Origin: Phoronis australis
Lineage: Eukaryota > Animalia > Phoronida
Length of the DNA: 64,000 nucleotides
NCBI GenBank assembly: GCA_002633005.1
Contig: NMRA01000347.1
Location: 278,304-342,303, forward strand
Direction of reading: 5' to 3'
Under the pieces are notes generated by a model. That model was not told the origin of the DNA, did not search any database, and saw only the letters and a list, made by a program, of their open reading frames with translations. Positions 38,401 through 50,400 of this stretch are shown one piece after another; positions within the stretch are counted from its first letter, which is position 1, and each line of letters starts with the position of its first letter. The position numbers and the translations under genes were made by a program.

Positions 38401-41400
38401 ATTCATGTTCAGAAATTTGGGGCTGTGTCTTTTCGGAGTGCATCTTTCTAATGTTGCTGACTTTTGTTTACATTGCTGTCCAGTATTCACTCAGTAGACC
38501 TATGAATAACACATCGGTTAAATCGGCCAGATGTGTGTGTGCATTGTATGTGCTTCAAGCACGCGCCTATTAAAAATTACTGCAGAAACGAAATATTTTC
38601 TGTCACACCACTTGCACGACAAGGCTAAGCCATTTTTTTTCTTTTTTGTAAAGCTACCCAATGACTGCCGAGGTTACAAAAGGCGAGCTGCTGATTTATA
38701 CACGAAGGGTACGTGCGAGAATGCAACCACGGAACGACCCATATAGTGATATTATACACATAAAAATGAGCCAATCTTCAGGTTGATGTACCAGGTGTTT
38801 TTGTACGATATGGACAGATTATGAAGTTAAAACTCGTATTTTAGAATCAATTATTCTCACCCTCAAACCCCGAGCTACCCCACTGCTATGCTAATATAAT
38901 TTTTAATAACATTAGAGTGAGTTTATGTAGAAATCATGTAAAACATTTTAATTTAACACAATTCAAGTGAAAAATTAGTCTTGTGGTGTTCATAAAAATT
39001 TAGAATGCTTGCAATCGTTGACATGTTGATTTGACTTTGTTTTTTGAAACAAAATGCATTTTACAAAAAGAAAATGACCACATTGTTAACAACAAATGCA
39101 AAAGGTATCCCGTTGATGACACGTGACTCGATGTACTCTTGTCGCCATCTGCTCCGATACTGATGCACAGGATTTCATCTTCGTTTGTTTTTATTAATAT
39201 AACCTTTAGTAAACCTCTCAATTTCTGCTCCATGAATATTGTATTGGGAGACCTTTAAAAAACGATTTTTACAAAATTGAGCAACTTGAAATGCGGTGAC
39301 TTTTGGAATACTTCCTGTTTGAATGTACATGTAGATGATAATTACAGACTGAGGAAAATTGAAGTTAACACACAGCTGGATGAGAAGACAAAAGCTATGG
39401 CTCACGAAGCGATAACATTTTCAGACAAAAGGGACTTCGGTTCTTGCAAAGAATCTCGTGATTGCTGGAGACTAAACTTGGTGAATAAAATGACAATCCG
39501 TGGAAAGTCAGCTTGTATAGATCCTGGTCTCAACAAATAACGAATTGTCAGTGCTTCCAAGACGGAAAATCACATCTACAGTGTACTGTATGTTGACTAC
39601 GGGACAATGTGAGACTGACTTTGCTACTGAAAGTGATCTGAATCAAATATTAATTCTTGTGATGAAAAGAAGGTTATCCGCTTTCAGAAAACTCACCGTG
39701 GGATTTTGTCCAGGTCTCGAGGTATCCTAAATTCCTCCAAAGTCACATTAGTTGGAAAATTACACGACGTGGCGTTCTTGGAAGCAGGCCTTACCTGAAA
39801 ATTACACCAGCATTAGTGTTTTTACGTACTGGAAGGCGTCCAAACGTGACCGAGTGACTGATAAGTTGAAGGACCAGTGAAATAAACAACCTCTCCCGCG
39901 TACAAAACCAAAAGAGTAATAAAGACAAGAAACCCGATTTTCTGAGATAATCTTCAGGGGAGAATCGGAACAATGCAAAACCCGAGGTTGCATTCCAAAG
40001 CTCTTCTCGTGGAGCCAAACCACATGACAGAGTATTTTAAGCGTAAGCCACCGGCGTTGACTTCAGCGATTATTTGACTATTTGTATCGGAATGTAAAAG
40101 CGTGTAAAAGACTGCTATATTCATCAATAATCCCCAATGTACATGTACATATTTCTTTGTGGGAATGCCAAAAAAGGTCCATGAAATAAGATTTAGCCAG
40201 CACAGTTTGAAAACGCACAGTATCTCTACTGTAGCGAAAATAATGTTAAGAACAACTTACTAAAACGTTGAGCTTTTTCAGTATCTTGTCGGAGGATTTT
40301 GTAGCGGATATAGCGATCACTTTAATGGTGTGTATACCGACATGTAGAGGCACAATAGGGAAGGTCACAGTTTCAGATTTTCGTTTTTTAACAGTGACAG
40401 AAACCGGCTTGCTTGCTTCCCCAGATTTTAATTTTGCACACACGCCATGACCAACGATGGTGTACAGATGTACCTGAAGCGATAAAGATATCATTCAAAA
40501 ATTGTTAATGATATACGGAGACTTAATCAAGTCATTTTCATCGCCTCTTCTTTAACCCTCATCATTTCAAACCTTGCCTTTACGATTAGCACCACCAAAG
40601 TCGTCGTCATTGTCAGCATCAACAACATCATTTACACCAGACACCTGTGGAAGTAAGCGATATTGGGGTGGGGCACAATATAATTTGACTACACTGAAGT
40701 TGTGTCCCCTTTTGGTCCCAAGTTTCAGATTCTTAATTCGCGACACGACTTAAACTCTCTGGCCGAGGCCAGTTTCGTGATGACCGGGGCTTCAACCCTC
40801 ACGGATGCAGCCACCAGAAACGTAGGTACACAGATCTCTCAACGACAGTTCGAGCCTCAAGGGTCATCGGTAGCCCTGAGCACGTGACATGATAGAGGTG
40901 ATCAAAGTATATTAGCAAAGGCCCTTCTATGGGTGGGCTGCAAAATCCAAAGTAAACGGCGATTACATGAATTATTTTGTAATGCAGGTGGCGATGGAAT
41001 ATCGGAATGGAAGCTTCGGTTGTAAATTCGTCAGGGAGGTCTACTTCATTAGGGCCACGTGGTGAACATACAGCGTGCACTCTAGGCTGTCCAGTGTACA
41101 AGGCCGTAGTTAGGGGCTGTCAAGAAATTTCCTGTTGATATGTGGTTTTTAAAAAATGAACTCCTACAAAAATGCCTTGGACTGGTCCCCCAAACAGAGA
41201 ATCATCAAACACTGGTAGTTGTCAAATGTTCTCTAACTTTTCATTTTTGCTCTATCTGTTTTTCGCGATTGCCCTTGCTTCCGACCTACGCATATGACAG
41301 TTGCCACAAAAGCTTTAGAGCCACGCCTTCAAATTCTTGGGAGTGCGTACATGTACCTTCGCGATTCGCCGTTTCTGCATCTGCGATTACAGAATGACAG

Positions 41401-44400
41401 TGGAGGAAGGAGGCGCTCACACTGTCTCCCCCCTCACCCTCCTACGCCTATGGCCATTGTACATGTATTTACCTTTGACAGCAGTGGGTGACGTTTCATG
41501 CACCTAACGCCTTTGACACATCTTAATTTAGTTGTGAAGATATTTGACACCATTGACGCAGGCTGGAAAAACACAGCTACGTAAAGGTCATCGGAAAACT
41601 CACCAGTAAATCCACTTTTCCATAGTTAAATATCGTTGCTCTGACTTCGACTTGTTCGTGTTGGATAATTGAATGAGGTAAGGATGCTTCTATGAAAAAT
41701 TCTTTGTAAACCTTGATAGTAGTCGTTTCAGCCACACAAAAACCGGAGTCCTGGTTGATACCAAATGCTTGTACATGCCACGTAGTGATGGAGTCGGGGA
41801 CCGTGGTACGAAAGGTGTACCTACGCTGCGATCTGCAACGAAGCAAACTAAACCTATAGTTCTTTTCCATTCAATAGTTAAACAGGAAATCGATTAATTT
41901 ATTATTTAAAACTGTTTTTAGCTACCAGAAAAATGAAAAAGAAACTAAGCCCGGCTTAAATTCACGAAATCGCTCCCGTGTCCTTTACAAGGGCGAAACT
42001 ACACAGATATCGAAACTATAAGAGCAACTCATTATAAGCTTCACAGTTTATTGAGTGTGGCCAACTTTATCAATGCAAATTCGAAAAGGTGAGCATGTAG
42101 ATGTATGCATTGCCTTTAACGTAAATTTCTGGCTCATTCGGCAGAAATGCATGCTCGGTTAAGTGCAGTTATGCTATAAAATCGTAAAATGCTACGGTTA
42201 AGAAATAAATATTGACAGCTACTTGAACCGAGGAGAAAACTCTACAAATTCCGAGTAAAGATTCTTGATTTGACGATTTGCAGTCACGTATGAAACTGGC
42301 CACAGGTTGTTCATTTGTAAAAATAGACACGACTGAAATGCGGTCCGTACTGTCAACACTTAACTGGTGAGATCACGCGGAGACTTGGATGAGCTCACTA
42401 AATTCACACACAACTACTAAATTCGCAGACAACTAATTATTTTGCAAATCACAACTACCCTCTCCGTGTGAACAATGTCTCTGCATCACCTTACCCGGTG
42501 TCAATCACTTTGTATATCCACGTTTCGGTGAAATTTTGACGGCCTTGGAGTTTGTGGTTGACATCCTGTAATTTTGGTATATCTTCAAACGTGTAGGAAC
42601 TGTCAGAAGCACGACCCATACGGCGACCTGGTCCACTAGGTGAGCGGCTTGCTGTAAAATGCGAAACATAGTAGAAACAAGGCGTTTCATGAATTTTATA
42701 CAGAGCATAGATGGGGCGAGTGTAGTTTGTACGATAGCCCATATCAGAAAATTACTTCATTTCTGCCTACTGTATGTTAAACTTTAAGACCAACAGCCGA
42801 TATTGCTCACGAAACGGTGTTTTCAGAATTTTCGCCTTCAGTCTTCCACTGCGACAATTTTTCGTCTTAAGTCGTAAGTTTTATGTAAATGTTCATGAAA
42901 CAGCCCCCTTTCCGTAGTGTTTTTCTTCATGTCGAGGTCATAATAGATCTCAATTTTTACATCCTTTCTTTCAAATTCGATTCAGTTCCTCTCTTACATG
43001 TATAAAATTTGTCTGAAAATTTTCAGATCTGTTTTGATCTGTACCGACATACTGTACGTGTGACAGTATTTTGTGGAATTTGTGATTGACACGAAAGCAC
43101 GCAATCTCCATAGAAGCGGGACATGTAGATGAATGTTGACAAGTGTCATTACTCCGCAGATATCAACATGTCACTCAATGTACGGCCAACCTAACCTCAG
43201 AAATTTGTCTAACGTTGTTTAAAGATAACGAAGGTATCGCAAACGTATTAAGTTTCCAAGCAAGGGCATACACTGTAGGTTACAGGGCAACTCGGCACAC
43301 AGATACCTAACAAACTGATACAAGATACCAGTATGTAGTAGCAATGAGTGAAACAAGGGCATGTAAACCAAACCAGTTTAGTTATACAGGCTACGTATTT
43401 ATTGAGCAGAATGAACAGAGGAAAAAGTGCAGAACAAACCTTGAATGTTAAAGTGGTCAACAATTTTAAACGGTCGAAGTTTGATTACGTTCAAAACATA
43501 ATCTTACTTGTGAACGACGGATATTACTTTTTGTTTTGAGGAGTCACCAGTGTATTTCAAAAATTGTTATTGTCAAATTGTTGTCATGAGCGCCCTCATT
43601 GTTACAATAGGAAACTCGTAAAATTATATATTTGATGACAGTGCACATTTCTTACCGTGTCAAGAATGGTACGAACATGACACAATTTGTGTTTCAATGC
43701 ACGCAGTAAATGCAACTTGTCAAATAACTTTGGCAAAGCTTTGATTGCGATATGTTGTGGTTTAATCTTTCATATTGTAAACGGTAGGGATGGTAGTGAT
43801 AAATGAAATGAGTTGTGAATCAAGAGGTTGTAACACAATAGATAACTTGATTGAGTCAACGAATATGTTCCGAGATATCCCAGATTTCAGTGTGGTTTCG
43901 TTTCAAGAATCTGACCATTGTTAGCGATCTCGCAGGTAAATGTACGTGTGCCGGTTGCTGGAGCAAAGTCGCCTAGAGGGGGATATTGACCGGGTTTCAC
44001 GAATTTCGAACTTCACGAAGTATTCTTTAGTCGCCTATCAGTGTCTCTTCTTGGGACCACTTACGTCACTCATTGTGGAAAGATTGACGTCGGCGGACCC
44101 TCGTGCGCTTCACGTGCTGGCCCTAGACGCGGTTACTAACGCAAAGCATAAAACATACCGTCGGACTTACTTTTGCTCCTACGGCTACGGTGACGGCTAC
44201 AGAGTGGCACTCTTTTCTTCTTAAAGCTCCCAATCTCGATACAGTTCGGACTTCGGACTCTTGTGTTGGATAAAACTGTCAGACCCATGCTCTGAAAACA
44301 GATGTCTTGAAATTTACATAGGCACGTGTTCGTGAAAACACTAGCACTCCTATTGTAGCATGTTAAAATAGTTTTAGTTGCTGCTGTCCTATTATCCAAA

Positions 44401-47400
44401 CAATTCAATAAATTACTGTATTGTATTTATTATATTTATTGTATTTATTGGTTCGTGATTAGCATGTCCATTCACGTCTATTACCTGCAACACGTCTTCG
44501 CTGCTCAAACCACCACCAATTCCATATCCGTTGTCGAATATTTTCATGCTGTTCAACACATTCGCGGCTGTCATTCTGTACTTGTGATTCATTAAATAGA
44601 CGGCTTGATCAACAGCCAGTATCGCAACTTTGGTTCGGGGGTCAGCTTTCACTGTTACCTTGACGAAGTCACTCGGTTTGTACGTCTTCGACTTCCGCTT
44701 TCCAGTCATTGGCTTGACGATGACCTTATAATTTAAACACCAAAAAAGCGCATAGTCATTATTTGTTATTTGCTTACGACAGTTTTGCAAGAGCTTAGCC
44801 ACAGTTGTACCGGTTTATTCTCAGATGTGAAGTGTATTTCAGTGAACTATTCCTTGAACAAACCAAAGTTTGCGGGGAACATTCGTCTGGAAGCAAGCAA
44901 CCTACCTTGGTTTTACATCTGCTTACAACATCGATCAGTGTCGAATCGGCCACGACTTCGTCTCCATGTAAATAATAGACCAATAAACGAGCAGATGGCG
45001 ACATTGACGCGACAACGGGAATCGACAAGTTGAGCGGGAAGAATGGTTCTTTAACAACTGCCGTATGTATCGTTTGGCCCCCGGATGTAACCATGTAAAC
45101 CAACGTGCTCACATCGAACGCCTTTGTTGCTGTGATTTGAATTACTGCGTTGGTTCCCACCTTGAAAAAAACATCTCATAATCAGAGGCGGATTTAGGGG
45201 GGAGGGGGACAGGGAGCCATGACAACCCCTAAAAATCGTGTAGGTTCCATCTGGCAGTTCGAAGGTGCAAATACATGTACCTGATGAGCAAAATCCTGGC
45301 TATTACTCTGTCCTGCCCCCCCCCCAACTCAAAATATTGGGTCGGCCCCTGGTGATACCCCCAACTCAGCCTGTCCTCTATGTTACCATAAATTTATAAC
45401 TCCGAGGATATTTCCAGTTCCAAGAAGCACTTTAGATACGTGTTCTAAGCTTCAAATTTCCTTTAGTCGTTGCAAATCATAGTGTTTGTTAAGAATAATG
45501 CTGGGTTTGTGCGTCATAACAAAAACGGAAGGTTGACTGAAGTGTGCCTCAACCAGCTAGTTTGTACTTCCGGTAAGCATATAGCCTAGTTGATTCTTCG
45601 CCTGCATAGTGGTACATCTTCCAGACGAAGCCGTAGCCTGAAGACAATACAGAAAAGAATGGTCTGCATATTCAACAATAACCCAGACCAACCCCACTTT
45701 TTGTCTGAAGACGATTTTCCTTCGAAAGTGCCGGCTTGAATGGCATTTGAAGCTTTACGATCTTCACTACCGGGTAGCCTACATCAATCCTTCCATAAAG
45801 AAAATATAAATTTAAGACTTCACGCACGCAACATTCTTTCAATTCATCATCTCCCGTTTTCTGATTTGTTTGTGCATCTACTGGGTTAAGATGTGAAATG
45901 ATCAATATTTGATAAACCACAGCTCCCTATATGAGGTGCAATAACGCTAAATCGTCGCCGACCGCCCGGAGTTGGTATATGGTGCAACTCCTGACGATCT
46001 GCGCTCTACAGAAAATCACAGTTCTACTGTGAGTCTACATCAAAGTTTGATAGAAGAAAGAGGTTCTACATGTACTTGCCGCGCAATCTGCAGGTATTAT
46101 TATCTCTTTTATGACACCCAATGTGTGACTGGACAAAGCCTTTTCAAAATATTGTAGATAAGATAGTGGAGCGTGAGTCCCCTGAGGTCCCTGTCAACTC
46201 AGGTATCAGCGTAATCTAATGATTAAACTGCTAGTATTCAGTCCAGTCACGAGCGACAAGAAGACTGGTTTGACATCTGACAACAAGACAGTTGAGACGC
46301 TGGTAAACATGCATATGTGAAAGATATTCAACTGTAGATCAGATACCTCAGTGGGCCGTTTTCTGATGGGACAGCAAGGGGACGATGCATGAATATAAAA
46401 AGAGAGATACGTGTAAATAGATAATTAGATTTATTTGGCGAATTGTTCTTAGTGTCTTCAAAGTTGACAAAACCTCTGAACAGGTGTTTGGGACAAATAG
46501 GTCTAGAATGGTCATGTTTTGCCCACTGCCTTAGCGCTAACTGCTGTATCTTTTCTTACCATGCCGCCGAGAAAAACTCAAAGCAAACGCTGTAAATCAA
46601 ATACTGTCTACCCTATTGAAAAAGAAACGAACTAACTTTGACATCATTCGGACAATCAGACTAAAACGTTTTCTTACCGACACAGGCTGTTGGGTTTTTA
46701 CCGTTGCTTGTAAAAAGCTGTTGCTGTGTGAGAAGGCTGACTTCATGTTATACTTCTCTGTCAAAGGCACTTCGGTTAATGTCGACACCTAACAAAAGCA
46801 ATGATTTACGTCACTCTACGTGCATGGTGCAGTTTATGACCGGCTAAGTATTGGAAATATAGTGAAGATAGATTCAATGGTGAACTACGAGCAGAAGAAA
46901 TTCAATGTATTGAAGTAGATTGCAGTTAACAGTTTGAAATCACGGAAAAGTTAGTCAAAGTTTACCCAATTCAGGCGGGTGTTCAGTAGACGCCAGGACC
47001 TACGCTAGGACCTACATGTAGCTAAAACCTAGTCAAAGTCACGTGTTCTCATTTAAAATGCACGGCAATATCTCAAATAATCTCGCGAAGTCTTGCTTTT
47101 TAGCGAGATCCTAGCGTTACTGAACGGGAGGCAGGTTTCTTCGTCTATAGATGGTGTTCATGTACATGTACCTGTATTGTGGTCATAATGGCGTTGCTGG
47201 GTGGAGTGACGATAGCGGAAGCGTGTCCCTTTTCATTGGTCAAAACTTTGGTGGTAAAGGATGACGGTAAGGCGTCATCATTTGAACTGCGGAAGACAGT
47301 AGTTATGCGAATGTCCGTTTTCTTTGGTTTGCCGGTCAAATGCCTCACGTCAATCTGAAATACGTATGAATCGTTGAAGTCAAGTTCCAACGTAAAGACG

Positions 47401-50400
47401 GTTACATAAACTTTAGAACTATCATTTATGTACTAAATTGGTAGCGTTTTAAGGAAAAAAGCAAATTGAGTAACTGTTGTCCCGTAAGCATACCATTTGG
47501 GGCTTGTCGGGGACGCATTCCAACGCTCCGTTGCCTTTTCTACAGATGTGGAGTACAGTGCTAAAAATCCAGTGCAAGCTGTACATTATTCCGTGTTCCA
47601 TAAATGATCACACAACGTAAAGTACAAAAACTGTAGTAAGTACTGCCTACCTCAACTGGAAAGGACAACCCAGGTTTGAAACAAGGGCGTATTCTTGAAA
47701 ACGTGACAGTGTATGGTGCAGTGACAAATTTGGTGTAACTTGATTTGCCAATTTGTTTGATTCCCGATCCGTGGTCTCGCACTGTCGCCTCAGCATATAA
47801 TTTGGCACCCTCCAGAAACCAAAAGTCTGCACCTCGTCTCCTAAGTCTACGTGTTGAAAATTTCGTTTTAAAACGGCCGTTTGTCATCTGAAAATTTTAA
47901 AACAAAGCACATTGAATGTTTTGAAGACAGGAAGTAAATAAATAACGTTCTCGGTGTAATGGTATTGATTTTGGTTAGACTTTACGTAGTTCAACGCCTC
48001 TGTGCCCAAAAACCTTTTGAATATTTGACTGTGAACACTATGATAAACACACGTGACCCTTGTTTGTACATGTAGAAATCTACACACGCTTATGGTTTAA
48101 TCTATTACCGAACTGAACCTTTTTAAAACACGAATGCAACTTAACCCTCAAGATACTCGAAACAGTATATCACCGATTTAATAAAATTATATTAAATCAC
48201 CAATTTATCACTTAACGAAATCAAACAACAGAGATGATTGAATCATAAAATTTGATCTTATCATGATTTGACACAACTCAATCCCGGACTTGGAGATGTG
48301 TGACGTCATTACGTGAACTTAGAACTTACCTTGCCAGTCTTACGTCCTAAAATCTTCCGTCCAGTGTCTGTCTGCACAACGAAACGTACGTCCACTGGCC
48401 CATTAACTTTTTTCCCAAACACGTATCTAAAATGGTCGATAGTCAACGTTGAAAACATGTCATTTTCAGTGGTGCAATAATCTTAGTACCTACAAACTGC
48501 GTATAATTGGACATGCGCTAGGGGTCTTTCTGTACATGTATGTGTTTATGATGCAACCACTGATGAAAGTTGTCGTTTGTTTTGTCGCAGTGTCACCGTC
48601 TCCTCGTTTTGTTTGGAGTTAAAATTTTTGAAGATTTGTGTCGTAACATTGCTGGAGACAATGAGGATGATTTTTTTAATCCAAATTATGTTATGTAAAA
48701 CAATACATCTAGAGCTAGAAGCACGAAAACAGACTTAGGTCTTTACTCTCTCCTTAAGTCAGTCGACATAATATTGCGCATCATGATAGGGTGTCTTCAG
48801 TTAACAACGCAAATCACAGGAAAATGCGTACATGGGCCATTTCCGAAATCGTAACCGTTTTTTTTTTGCGTTGGCTAATCCTGTTCAACACTGAAGCATA
48901 TTCTTGAGACACTGATGGTTTCTAAGCATTTGTTGGCAACGGAAATGGTACATGTACTCCTTTAACGTTAGAAAGAGCAACGGCAAGCCGCAAGGTTGGG
49001 TCTATCACACAAAACACTTGTCACGGTAAAGAGTATTATGAGACCAATGTTATGAGAATTTTCGTTTTGCTCCATCTAGTAAACAGAGCGAAATGGAGAT
49101 TTACATAACATGGTTTGTGCTCTAGTTGTACAGTGTTGAATGTGTCTTAGCCGCCATTACTTCATCACAAATCTTCTTTCAACCTACAGACAGAGTGTTT
49201 TAAGCAGTAAGAAGAAAACGTCCATGGGAATGCTTCAAGAGAATTAAACAATTAGACACTGGTTCACAGGTTTAATTATTAGTTCAACATGCACTGCACC
49301 GCGAGTGAATGAAGAGGCAGTGTTTTAAAAGAAAGTGCAAAACTCTGCAAATGATTTCAATACTCACCGAGCTTGAACTTTCACTCTGACCCCTTTAGTT
49401 GTGTTCAATATATGCTTGGGAGTTTTCACAGTCACGGAAAAGGTCGGAAGCACTGAAAATTGAATTAAATGGAGTTCATGCAACTTCACGGAATTTTCCG
49501 AAAGTCAAAGCTGGGGTCATTTTCACGCACCTACATGTACATGTATGAGTTTTGGTAATCGGTAAAGGTGGGTGGCCCTGAGCACAAAACAATCGCATGC
49601 CCTGGGACAGGTTTGTAATTTTTGTACTCGAAACGAACTCGAAATTATTTTGGACGTTTTTTTCTGATCTCTTTGTGCAAATTAAAGAAAAGTGGTTAAC
49701 ATACTGTGCTCGAATACATCGTGGTTTATGGATATGACTTGCTAGTCCGAGACCCTTATATTCGAGCTACAAACTCAAGTAAAAACTCGAAATTTCGAAT
49801 TCAAACTCAAACTTTCAGCCCTATTGTTGGGTTTATCGACTGCAAACTAGGACTAATAGTCATTATAGCATGTCCATCTGCATAGAATAATGGACACTTA
49901 TCTTAAGTTCGCACAAAAGCAGAGTAGGAAATGCCAAATATAATTTCGAGTTCCATTTTGAGTAAAAAGGTTATAGACCGGGTGGTGTGGACACAGGAAC
50001 ACGTTGTCCACAACAAGATTAAAAAAATCCTGGAAAAGCATTTCCTACATAATATATGACCACAACCCAAAAATTGCCTTTGCATTATAAATATTAAAAA
50101 TAAAAGGGTGATCCCTTCATACAAGGTTTTGCTCAAACTGTTCGCGCATGCAAGCATGAACCTGGACACAGGCGTAGATTCGAATGCGCATGTGCCTAAA
50201 ATACAGCCCGTATATATGTCATGAGCTCGTCGTACACTGTAATTTAAAGTCTCTTGAAAATAAAAATACGGCTTATGAGTTTCATCATGCCGAATGGAGA
50301 AGTTACGTTTTGAGCATTAGTCACCCTTTAACATTTCCCTAAAATCTTTTCCAAGTCGTAGTTACCGTAATCATTCACTTCAAATTGCACAGATTCTTTC

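Noticed and set aside
39000-39233. ORF starting MEQ in the interval where the thioester should be
   Set aside because: No GCG before EQ and no TED-like features.
45672-45920. ORF containing ELKECC, reminiscent of the start of C3a
   Set aside because: Wrong position (intron 10), lacks the remaining ANA Cys/Gly pattern, and has no counterpart in copy A.
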